Shown here one piece after another: positions 24,125-32,471 of a stretch of DNA of 33,036 nucleotides (the first letter of the stretch is position 1; each line of letters begins with the position of its first letter). The position numbers and the translations under genes were made by a program. The stretch lies in the NCBI GenBank assembly GCA_937127265.1, contig CAKZLX010000462.1:1-33036 (forward strand). The letters run 5' to 3'. The notes beneath the pieces are model-generated. The model ran no database searches, had not been told where the DNA came from, and saw nothing but the letters and a program-made list of their open reading frames with translations. The stretch comes from an uncultured Pseudomonadota bacterium (lineage in GTDB: Bacteria; Myxococcota_A; UBA796).

Positions 24125-25630
24125 ATGGCAAGACGATTGTTCAAATGGTTTGGAATTGGGGGTTTGCTCACTGTAGCCCTTATCTTGGTTATGGTTCAAT
24201 CGGTAGTGGGGCTCCCATCCATTACCAGCAAGGGACTATACTGGTCTAGTATCCAAAAAAATAGTTGGACGGCCAGCAATGTTTTCTACGCTTTTGATCA
24301 ACAAATCACGATAACCACCCTCGAGTTCACCTACGTTGAAAAGGCATCCTCAGCAACAGTGGAAAACAATCAAAGGCTATTCAAGTGGGTCAAAAGTATC
24401 CAAATCGAGAACCTAATTATTCACCACCAAGACCAGACGTACAACACGGGATTGGGAGGGAGTCTCCATCCACAAGTGCTGTTGGAAAGTGATTGGCTAC
24501 ACATTGCCCGCCAAAACAACACTTGGCAGGTGGGAGGAACATTCGATTCCACCAACATTCCTCTGATTTTATCCCCTCATTTACCGGATCTCCCCCAAGA
24601 CGTCACCATCCAACATCAATTTTCATTTGAAGTCACCAACTTCCGTGAACCCATCACCGGAAAATTGCAAAATATCGAAATCACCTATCCCCTCTTGGGT
24701 AAGAACATACGAATGCCAACCCTCGATGTCCAAGTGCATGCTAATAATCCCCAAGAAGTACAGTTCAGCACCAAGAAATCAACAGTCAAGTGGACAGGAA
24801 AACATACGGATGAAGATTGGACGGTCAATTACAGCATTGCGCTCCAAGATTTGGTAGAATGGTTTGATATCCAAATCCCTCATACCAAAGTTGAAGGGGA
24901 CTGGATGGGTACACTTACCCCTCAAGAAACCACCATCACCGGTGTTGACTTAGGATTTGAGGGACAAATATATGCCCTCAGTCGACTCCAATCAGGCTTA
25001 CCGATCACCTATCAACCGATTCATGCTGAACAAACGCAGATGATTGGTCCCAATACGCCAGCGTGGGTACCCTACAACAAACTAGGTTGGATGGCCAAAA
25101 CGGTCATTGCTGGTGAAGACGCACCATTTTTCACCCACGATGGGTTCAATACAGAAGGTTTGAACCGTGCAGTCAAAGACATCCGTGAACAACGTCAGAA
25201 TCCTGCCGGTGGCTCCTCCATCACCCAACAATTGGCCAAAAATCTCTTTACCGGAAATCGACAAACCTTGGATCGGAAAATCGAAGAAATGGTCTATACC
25301 CTAGCCCTCGAACATACCTTAAGTAAAGAAGGTATACTTACTCTCTATCTCAATGCCATTGAGTTTGGGGAAGGTATTTACGGCATCAAAGAAGCCTGCA
25401 ACAAGTATTTCTTGAAAGATCCCGCTCATCTGACACTTAAAGAGGCTGTCTTTCTCGCCGCTATTTTACCCAATCCCCGAGAAGGTTATCGACGAGCCAA
25501 ACGTGGACGACCACCCACAGCACGAATGCGGGTAATTCTACAAAACCTAGTCGATGGTCAACAAATCACCAAAGTCGACATGCAAATTGCACTGGGAGAA
25601 CCGTTGCGCTTGTTGTTGCCAGTGGAGTAA
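24125..25630 (+). CDS. GT51 peptidoglycan glycosyltransferase (MtgA-like catalytic domain) with a ~330-aa N-terminal extension
   Basis: The C-terminal segment AGEDAPFFTHDGFN...GGSSITQQLAKNLF...RKIEEMVYTLALE...LYLNAIEFGEGIYGIKEA carries the GT51 motifs. I place the start at ATG 24125 (MARRLFKWFGIGGLLTVALILV, a TM anchor). Confidence 0.8.
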   Translation: MARRLFKWFGIGGLLTVALILVMVQSVVGLPSITSKGLYWSSIQKNSWTASNVFYAFDQQITITTLEFTYVEKASSATVENNQRLFKWVKSIQIENLIIHHQDQTYNTGLGGSLHPQVLLESDWLHIARQNNTWQVGGTFDSTNIPLILSPHLPDLPQDVTIQHQFSFEVTNFREPITGKLQNIEITYPLLGKNIRMPTLDVQVHANNPQEVQFSTKKSTVKWTGKHTDEDWTVNYSIALQDLVEWFDIQIPHTKVEGDWMGTLTPQETTITGVDLGFEGQIYALSRLQSGLPITYQPIHAEQTQMIGPNTPAWVPYNKLGWMAKTVIAGEDAPFFTHDGFNTEGLNRAVKDIREQRQNPAGGSSITQQLAKNLFTGNRQTLDRKIEEMVYTLALEHTLSKEGILTLYLNAIEFGEGIYGIKEACNKYFLKDPAHLTLKEAVFLAAILPNPREGYRRAKRGRPPTARMRVILQNLVDGQQITKVDMQIALGEPLRLLLPVE

Positions 25631-25633
25631 TCC

Positions 25634-25852
25634 CTACTTCAATCGTTCCGCCAATACACAGACCAATACAGCCGTGGCAGCGGTTTTATCCAATCCACGC
25701 AAGGCATTAATTAAGGCGTTGTGTTTGTATTGAAACCCAATGCAAGCAATCCGTTGGGCAGTGAGTGGAAACTCGACTTGATCTCGGTACACCAGTTGCA
25801 ACAGTTTCTTCAGTTCTTCAGTGGAAAATGAGGTGAGTCCTTCTACTTTCAT
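25634..25852 (-). CDS. Hypothetical 72-aa protein, probably co-transcribed with the TetR gene
   Basis: AAGGA Shine-Dalgarno sequence upstream of the ATG, which lies 15 nt after the TetR stop. No recognisable motif. Confidence 0.45.
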   Translation of the reverse strand: MKVEGLTSFSTEELKKLLQLVYRDQVEFPLTAQRIACIGFQYKHNALINALRGLDKTAATAVLVCVLAERLK

Positions 25853-25867
25853 GGGATTATCCTTGCC

Positions 25868-26395
25868 TTAATCTTTCAATAGTCCTTGCCAAACCGTTTC
25901 CACAGCCTCTGTATGGTTCGCACTATCCATATCGCGATGCAGTGACAAAAGCACCAATCCATGTGCCAAAGACCACATCGTTTGCCTGGCGACTTCGACA
26001 GATACCTTCAACCGTGGTCCCTCAGCCTCCAGTCGCTGGTGAAATAAATTGGCAATATGCTCGGTTTGATCAGGAAGCATCGCCCGTTGATACAACAATT
26101 GAAAATCATCGGAAGCCTCTAAACCAAATTCGATATACCCCAACATCAATGTCGGTACCGTTTGATGAACTGCCAACTTCTCTGCCCAATCCTGATCAAT
26201 CTGGGCACACAGGGCATCGATAATATCGTCTTTACCGGTAAAATATTCATACAGTGACGCTGGTGAAAACCCTGCCCGTGCCGCCACTGCTCGTAATGAC
26301 AAGCGGTTGAAGCCATTCTCGTGAATTAAGGCTTTGGCAGCTTCTAAAATAATGTGGGTTGTTCGAACTCGCTTTTGGGCTTGACGTTCATTCAT
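25868..26395 (-). CDS. TetR/AcrR family transcriptional regulator
   Basis: N-terminal helix-turn-helix ILEAAKALIHENGFNRLSLRAVAARAGFSPASLYEYF. I place the start at ATG 26395 (GGAG 9 nt upstream). Confidence 0.88.
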   Translation of the reverse strand: MNERQAQKRVRTTHIILEAAKALIHENGFNRLSLRAVAARAGFSPASLYEYFTGKDDIIDALCAQIDQDWAEKLAVHQTVPTLMLGYIEFGLEASDDFQLLYQRAMLPDQTEHIANLFHQRLEAEGPRLKVSVEVARQTMWSLAHGLVLLSLHRDMDSANHTEAVETVWQGLLKD

Positions 26396-26424
26396 GATAC
26401 ACTCCAATTCACCATTTCATCGTT

Positions 26425-26439
26425 TATACTACATGTATA
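26425..26439. promoter_or_regulatory. Inverted repeat TATAC-N5-GTATA (contains TACATGTA) between the TetR gene and the divergent N0-domain gene. Candidate TetR operator.
   Basis: Read directly from the sequence. It lies in the 64-bp divergent intergenic region. Confidence 0.35.
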
Positions 26440-26459
26440 AGATACCCTAAGGACGATCG

Positions 26460-26831
26460 ATGTTTTTCTCTATTCTTTTCTACCAAACCCAATGGGCACT
26501 AGCAACTGAAAATGATGGTGCTGTCTTGATTCGGCTTGGTGGAGAAGTAATCCAAGAAAGCCAACAACAAAGCGTCATCCCCATACCACCACCCAAACCG
26601 ATCACCTTGGACTTATTGCAAACGGATATTGCTGAGATTGTACGTATATTTGCTATGCACAGTGGTCAAAACATTTTGCTAGCCGATGGAGTTCAAGGAA
26701 CCGTCAGCGTACGGGTCACCAACGTGCCATGGACCGATGCCCTAAATGCCATCGTCCAAAGTAACGGATGGGCACTACTACCTGTTGGAGAGATTCTGAT
26801 GGTTGTGCAGCAAACACCTACCTCCAAATAA
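26460..26831 (+). CDS. Small secreted protein consisting essentially of one secretin N0 (PilQ/GspD N-terminal, STN-like) domain
   Basis: 123 aa. The segment ITLDLLQTDIAEIVRIFAMHSGQNILLADGVQGTVSVRVTNVPWTDALNAIVQSNGWALLPVGEILMV matches the N0 pattern (dvlrxlaxxxgxNivvxxxvxGxVtlxlxnvpwxxALdxiL). AAGGA Shine-Dalgarno sequence upstream. Confidence 0.5.
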   Translation: MFFSILFYQTQWALATENDGAVLIRLGGEVIQESQQQSVIPIPPPKPITLDLLQTDIAEIVRIFAMHSGQNILLADGVQGTVSVRVTNVPWTDALNAIVQSNGWALLPVGEILMVVQQTPTSK

Positions 26832-26958
26832 ACCACTTCCTTCCAATGTTTTTCAAATACAGCCCCTCGATTTTACACAAGAGAAGTCGAAACTTGAGTG
26901 AATTCAGAGTACACCCATAATACACATCCCTTGAAACCCCTATTGAAAGAGGTCCATC

Positions 26959-27849
26959 ATGACTGAAGAATTAAAAAACAAACTCCAAGGCATGGTTGAT
27001 AGCCATGACATCGTACTTTTTATGAAAGGTGATCGCAACCAACCACAATGTGGATTTTCCGCACGAGTTGTCGGTGTTTTAGAAGAGTTAGAAGTCGATT
27101 ACCAAACCTACAACGTCTTTTCTGACCCTGACATCCGCAGTGGTATGAAAGATTTCAGTCAATGGCCAACCTTTCCCCAATTGTACGTCAAACAAGAGTT
27201 TGTCGGTGGATGTGACTTGGTGACCGAAATGATGCAAAACGGAGAGTTACCTCAAATGCTCGGGGTTTCTTTGGAAGAAGTTCCTCCACCAACCATTCAT
27301 CTGTCCCCAGGTATCAAAGCACTTTTCGCTGAGTCCTTGGCACAACACGAAGGTGGTATTCATTTGGAAGTCAGCAAAAATTACCAATACGATCTCTTTG
27401 TTGGTCCCAAAAGCAACGGACAAATCGAATGTTTGGTTGAAGGCATCCCCTTCTACTTTTCTCGAGGCTCCGCCAAGCGTGCCAATGGAATCTCCTTGGA
27501 TTTCAAAGATGGTGATCAAGGTGGCGTGTTGATTGACAATCCCAATGAACCCAAGTTTCAAGACATTGCCGTTTCTGATTTGGAAGATTGGCTTCAAACC
27601 AACCCCAATGCCAAAGTCTATCAAATTGGTGTTGGTGCCGATGCAGTACTGCCCTTTGCCACAGTGCTGGATGCCAATGCGCACCGTGAGATCGAATCGT
27701 TGCCCAAAGATCACCCCATCGCCTTCATGTGTATGATGGGAGTACGTTCACAACAAGCATCGAAATCATTGGTCATGCAAGGATACAACAATGTCTTTAA
27801 TGTCTTGGGTGGCTTAAACGCTTGGACTGATTTTCAAGGTTCCAAATAA
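26959..27849 (+). CDS. Monothiol glutaredoxin (Grx4-type, CGFS) fused to a Cys-less HesB/IscA-like domain and a C-terminal rhodanese domain
   Basis: Grx domain: VLFMKGDRNQPQCGFSARVV...WPTFPQLYVKQEFVGGCD. Middle domain: IHLEVSKNYQYDLFVGP...ISLDFKDGDQGGVLIDNPN, which is IscA-like but lacks the Cys ligands. C-terminal domain: PIAFMCMMGVRSQQAS...GGLNAW, a rhodanese active-site loop. Confidence 0.75.
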   Translation: MTEELKNKLQGMVDSHDIVLFMKGDRNQPQCGFSARVVGVLEELEVDYQTYNVFSDPDIRSGMKDFSQWPTFPQLYVKQEFVGGCDLVTEMMQNGELPQMLGVSLEEVPPPTIHLSPGIKALFAESLAQHEGGIHLEVSKNYQYDLFVGPKSNGQIECLVEGIPFYFSRGSAKRANGISLDFKDGDQGGVLIDNPNEPKFQDIAVSDLEDWLQTNPNAKVYQIGVGADAVLPFATVLDANAHREIESLPKDHPIAFMCMMGVRSQQASKSLVMQGYNNVFNVLGGLNAWTDFQGSK

Positions 27850-27964
27850 ACCCAGTCAATACTCGGATCGGGATTTCCTTCTATCCTCTGCCAGACTGTT
27901 TATTTAGGGTGAACGGGTCTATTTCATTGAAATCACACTGGTTCACTACAATATTGGAGCAGCG

Positions 27965-30001
27965 ATGAAACCACCTGTCCCCCCAATTGAAAGCAATACA
28001 CGCACAGAGCATGGAAAAACGGTCAACGATCCCTTTCGATGGCTCGAAGACAAAGAGCATCCGCAAACCATTCCCTATTTGGAAGCAGAAAATACCTACA
28101 CCAAAGAGGCTACCCAACAGTTTGAGGCGTTGGAAAAAAAACTGGTACAAGAGTTACTAAACCGCACACCCGATCACGATCAAACTGCCCCCTACACTGT
28201 TGGATCGTGGTCTCGTTTTGCCAGCATTACCAAGGAACAATCCTACTGGGTGTATAAAAGAGCACCTCTGGATCAAAACAACCAGCCTGATCTCTCCAAA
28301 ACAGAAATCCTCTTAGACGAAAACAAACGGGCGCAAGAGCACGATTACTACCATCTAGATAGCCTACAACTAAATCCCTCGCAAACCAAGATGGCATGGT
28401 TAGAAGACACTCAAGGTAACGAACGCTTCACTTTATACATCCAAGAGATAACCTCCAAACAAACCATCGTGATTCCGCATGCCAATATCAAATGGTCCTT
28501 AGCTTGGCTAGACAATCGGCGACTGGTCTATGTCGGAGGAGATGATGCCGATCGTCCGAGTGAAATTCGGGTATTCGATTGCCTATCCCAAACCGATCAG
28601 TGTATCTGGCACGAAAAGGATGAACGATTTCACTTGGCCGTACATCGAGCAAGGGTAGGCAATCTAGTCGTTTGTGAAGCCCACAGTAAAACCACCAGTG
28701 AAGCGCGACTGCTACGATGGAGTGAAAACACGGTCAGTCTACAAACAGTACAACATCGCCAAAAAGGTATCAAATACACTGTTGAAGTTGGTGAACAAGA
28801 AGTCTTTCTACGCACCAATGTGCATCATCCAGAATTCAGTGTAGACATTCGACCCATTTATGGGAATCAATCACAGAAATTACTGACCTTTGCCAAAGGA
28901 ACCACCCTTGAATCCATCGATTTATTTACTGACTACTTGATTTGTTGGTTGCGACGAAATGGATTGCAAGAAATCGATGTCTGTCACATTTCCACAGGCG
29001 AAATTACAACCCTCTCCTTTCCCGATCCAACCTATGAAATCTATGCGGACATCAATCCACACTTTAACAGCAGACAATTTCGATTGCGCTATACCTCACC
29101 GGTACAACCGGATATCGTCTTGTCATATGATTTACCAACTGGGCAAGGTGTCTGTATTCACCAATTCAACATACCCAATTACCAACCTTCTCTATACCGA
29201 TGCCATCGAATTTGGGCAGAGTCATCTGATGGTGTAACCATACCAATATCATTGATGGAACCGAAATCTATCAAGGATTCCGCTCCACTACTGATGGTGG
29301 GATATGGGGCTTATGGTGTCTCTTACAATGCTGGCTTTTATTCAACTTGGGTATCATTATTGGATCGTGGATTCCGAGTTGCCATTGCCCATGTTCGAGG
29401 TGGTGGAGAACTAGGAAGACAATGGTACAACCACGGTAAAGGACCTCACAAACCGAATTCATTTTCCGATTTTATCGCCTGTGCCGAACACCTGATCCAT
29501 CAAGAGTATACCTCCAAGGATCAATTGGTTATTTCAGGAGGATCGGCCGGTGGACTGTTGGTGGCGACTTGCCTCAATCTGCGTCCAGATCTTTTTGCAG
29601 GCTGTGTGGCCGAAGTGCCCTTTGTGGATGTCACCACCACAATGCTCAACCCCGACCTACCACTGACCATCATCGAATATGAGGAGTGGGGTAATCCCAA
29701 TGAAGTTCAGGCTTACAATCTCATCACCAGCTATGACCCCTATCGAAACTACAGTGGACAACAATACCCTCCCACACTAATCACTGCGGGCTTACATGAC
29801 CCACGTGTCGGCTATTGGGAGCCTGCCAAGTGGGTAGCTAAGATTCGCACCCTATTGCCAACCTCAAACCAGATATTGCTCAAAACAAATATGCAAGCCG
29901 GACATGGTGGAGATAGTGGACGACTGGAAATGGTGAAGGAGGACGCTTCCATCTACGCCTTCATTATTAATTGTTTACAAACCACCCTTACGGAAAAATA
30001 A
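27965..30001 (+). CDS. ptrB: Oligopeptidase B (protease II), S9A prolyl oligopeptidase family
   Basis: 678 aa. The N-terminus VNDPFRWLEDKEHPQTIPYLEAENTYT is typical of oligopeptidase B. The catalytic Ser lies in the motif GGSAGGLLV. Confidence 0.88.
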   Translation: MKPPVPPIESNTRTEHGKTVNDPFRWLEDKEHPQTIPYLEAENTYTKEATQQFEALEKKLVQELLNRTPDHDQTAPYTVGSWSRFASITKEQSYWVYKRAPLDQNNQPDLSKTEILLDENKRAQEHDYYHLDSLQLNPSQTKMAWLEDTQGNERFTLYIQEITSKQTIVIPHANIKWSLAWLDNRRLVYVGGDDADRPSEIRVFDCLSQTDQCIWHEKDERFHLAVHRARVGNLVVCEAHSKTTSEARLLRWSENTVSLQTVQHRQKGIKYTVEVGEQEVFLRTNVHHPEFSVDIRPIYGNQSQKLLTFAKGTTLESIDLFTDYLICWLRRNGLQEIDVCHISTGEITTLSFPDPTYEIYADINPHFNSRQFRLRYTSPVQPDIVLSYDLPTGQGVCIHQFNIPNYQPSLYRCHRIWAESSDGVTIPISLMEPKSIKDSAPLLMVGYGAYGVSYNAGFYSTWVSLLDRGFRVAIAHVRGGGELGRQWYNHGKGPHKPNSFSDFIACAEHLIHQEYTSKDQLVISGGSAGGLLVATCLNLRPDLFAGCVAEVPFVDVTTTMLNPDLPLTIIEYEEWGNPNEVQAYNLITSYDPYRNYSGQQYPPTLITAGLHDPRVGYWEPAKWVAKIRTLLPTSNQILLKTNMQAGHGGDSGRLEMVKEDASIYAFIINCLQTTLTEK

Positions 30002-30093
30002 GCGACAATGATTTGAGCAGACAAGATAAAATAATTATAGATATGCTTTGCTATACTTAGAACACACAGATCATTTTTGGAGTTTCTGCGTTC

Positions 30094-31170
30094 ATGCCCG
30101 ATCGTCACAAAACACTTGTTCTTTGCGAGAACATCAATTGGCGCAGTAAAGCCGTAAGTACCTTGTCGCAACACAACTTGCAGTGCTTTGCCCCCCGTGA
30201 CGTTTCCAACTTGGAAAGTATCAAAGCATCTTTACCAGAAATGAAATATGTCTTTTGGGTAGTGGATCAAATACTGGCTGACTATACCGCAATGCTGGAT
30301 GCCTTATATGATCATTGGCCCAATACTGAACACATCATCATTTTATGCCAACTCCATAGCAACGACTTACAAGTCCACTGTAAACGGACGCTTCTAGCCA
30401 AAGTTGCACATTGCTATCTCACTGGACTTGCCGAAGTAGAAACCGCTATTCAAAAGGTCCTCTATGAATTTTTCCCTTCCTTTGCGCCTACAAGGAAGAA
30501 AACCAGTGTTCTGGAGAAACGAGAAGCTTTTGTTCCTTCTTTTACCAAACAATCGCCCTCTACTCGTTCAAGTATATCTCAACAAATCAAACGAAACTTG
30601 CAAAGAAAAAAACTGATTGTGGTCGCCAGTTCCACCGGTGGCGTACAAGCACTCACTGAATTACTTACCGCGTGGCCAAACGATTTAAAAGCACCAATCA
30701 TCATTGCCCATCACCTACCGGCTAAGTTTCAAACCTCTTTACAAGAGATTCTCCAACGAGTCAGCCATCGAAATGTCGGTTTTATCACCGAAGAAACCAA
30801 ACTGGACAATGCCGTTTATATCTCTCCGTTTGATTATCACGTCCGGGTCTTTGCCAAAGATGGACATTTATGGGCGGAGCCTCATCAAGGTCCCAAAGAG
30901 CATTTTTTGCGACCAGCCGCAGACCCTCTCTTTCGATCAGCCGGTGATTTAGAAGACACTCGAGTGATTGCAGTTGTTCTCACCGGAATGGGTCGAGACG
31001 GAATGGCAGGTGCAAAGCACATCCATAGCAACGGTGGTCATGTAATCTGTCAAGATGAAGCCTCCTCAGTGGTTTGGGGGATGCCCAAACAAGTTTTTGA
31101 TTTGGGGATCACAGAAGGTGCCTATCCACCCAAAGAGATTGGCCGTAGAGTTGTGACTCTTTGTAAATAA
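30094..31170 (+). CDS. cheB: CheB-like protein-glutamate methylesterase with a divergent N-terminal receiver-like domain
   Basis: C-terminal CheB domain: LIVVASSTGGVQALTELL...IIIAHHLPAKF...RPAADPLFRSA...VLTGMGRDGMAGAK...QDEASSVVWGMP. The N-terminal ~130 aa is receiver-like, but EN replaces the DD acidic pair. Confidence 0.8.
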   Translation: MPDRHKTLVLCENINWRSKAVSTLSQHNLQCFAPRDVSNLESIKASLPEMKYVFWVVDQILADYTAMLDALYDHWPNTEHIIILCQLHSNDLQVHCKRTLLAKVAHCYLTGLAEVETAIQKVLYEFFPSFAPTRKKTSVLEKREAFVPSFTKQSPSTRSSISQQIKRNLQRKKLIVVASSTGGVQALTELLTAWPNDLKAPIIIAHHLPAKFQTSLQEILQRVSHRNVGFITEETKLDNAVYISPFDYHVRVFAKDGHLWAEPHQGPKEHFLRPAADPLFRSAGDLEDTRVIAVVLTGMGRDGMAGAKHIHSNGGHVICQDEASSVVWGMPKQVFDLGITEGAYPPKEIGRRVVTLCK

Positions 31171-31248
31171 AGCCCCCACAATAGGGACGATTTGCGTTAG
31201 ATTCAGGATGTGTGGTTGACCAAAATATGATACGATAGGAAATATCCG

Positions 31249-31971
31249 ATGGGAGGGTTTATGTTGTTGTGGATCAGTCTTGCGCTAGCCAACGCCGAAA
31301 ATACTGCGGTGGAGATGCGCGATCGTGACTATACAATGGAGGTCAACCTCCGTGCTCGCCAATTGTTTATTCCCGATAGCATCTTGGATACTTGGTTCTA
31401 CAATTCTGATAGCCCCGGTGCATACCCGGAACCTAGACCCAGTATTGGTGCCCAAGTCTTCGGATTAGAATACGCCTTTACCAACCAACAAACTTCATGG
31501 GTCATTTGGGGTGAGTACATGGCCTCAGGTTTAAACGAAGGCTATTGGGACGATGTCGATACTGGAGAAACCGTTGATCACGATGACGGAGACTGGGTGC
31601 GACCAGACAATTTCAGTGGTTGGTGGACTGGATTCAATTACAACTACATGGTACCGATCACCCCTGCCGACAAACCAATCCACTTGGACTTTGTTGCTGG
31701 TGGTGGTGCTGGTGTTGGTTTAATTACTGGAGACCTCACCTACTGGCGACCAGGAACCGCCATTGAAACCGATTGTGAACCCGCCTCCCCCGCTTATGTT
31801 CGACGTAAAGTTTGTCCGGCTGATGGTGCGAAAGAATTTCCTCGATTTTTACCCATGTTGGATGTCACACTGGGATTACAACTCAACTTTGCCGATCGTG
31901 CCCACATCCGAATGGAAGGTGGTCTCCACGATATGTTCTTTTACGGAGTTTCCGGTGGCGGTCGTTTCTAA
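31249..31971 (+). CDS. Hypothetical exported protein, possibly an outer-membrane beta-barrel
   Basis: Signal-like N-terminus MLLWISLALANA; an alternative start is at 31261. It is rich in aromatic residues and Gly and ends with a terminal Phe (...GVSGGGRF). Confidence 0.45.
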   Translation: MGGFMLLWISLALANAENTAVEMRDRDYTMEVNLRARQLFIPDSILDTWFYNSDSPGAYPEPRPSIGAQVFGLEYAFTNQQTSWVIWGEYMASGLNEGYWDDVDTGETVDHDDGDWVRPDNFSGWWTGFNYNYMVPITPADKPIHLDFVAGGGAGVGLITGDLTYWRPGTAIETDCEPASPAYVRRKVCPADGAKEFPRFLPMLDVTLGLQLNFADRAHIRMEGGLHDMFFYGVSGGGRF

Positions 31972-32084
31972 ACATCATCATGCCTTTGCGATCGACTGTT
32001 AGAAAAGAACACCCCATTATCAGTCTGTTTTGACCTTATTTGTGGACAGTGACCTTTGGACTGGTTAAAATGAAAACTGTACCA

Positions 32085-32108
32085 TTGATGATGATTGTGT
32101 ATCATCAA
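32085..32108 (+). terminator. 8-bp hairpin TTGATGAT-N8-ATCATCAA followed by T-rich sequence. It is either a terminator for the upstream gene or an rpsU leader structure.
   Basis: Read directly from the sequence. It lies 114 nt after the stop at 31971 and 43 nt before the rpsU start. Confidence 0.3.
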
Positions 32109-32150
32109 TATCGCTTATTGTTATTTATTGTTTAAACCTCTGGAGTATCC

Positions 32151-32351
32151 GTGATTTTAGTACGAGTCCGTGACCACGAACCATTTGAAAAAGCCATGCG
32201 CCGCTTCCGTCGCAAAGTTGAACGCGAAGGAATCCGCAAAGACATCAAGAAAAACAGTTTCTACTTGAAACCCGGCGAAAAAAAACGTTTAAAGCAACGT
32301 TTGGCTGAAAAACGTCGTCGTAAGGCAATGCGTCGTTCACGTCGTCGTTAA
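32151..32351 (+). CDS. rpsU: 30S ribosomal protein S21
   Basis: 66 aa with a GTG start. The sequence ILVRVRDHEPFEKAMRRFRRKVEREGIRKDIKKNSFYLKPGEKKR... is a clear S21 match. GGAG lies upstream. Confidence 0.93.
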   Translation: MILVRVRDHEPFEKAMRRFRRKVEREGIRKDIKKNSFYLKPGEKKRLKQRLAEKRRRKAMRRSRRR

Positions 32352-32408
32352 TCAGATTTCTGGTCATTGAAGATACACATCCTCACAATATCTTCAGAAC
32401 ATTTAAAA

Positions 32409-32443
32409 ATGGGTTCACAAGTGTGGACTCATTTTGTTTTTTT
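32409..32443 (+). terminator. Rho-independent terminator after rpsU, possibly bidirectional with the convergent gene
   Basis: Stem ATGGGTTCACA/TGTGGACTCAT (9-11 bp including two G-U pairs), followed by TTTGTTTTTTT. Confidence 0.6.
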
Positions 32444-32471
32444 ACCACAACAAAACTCTCACCCAGCCAAA

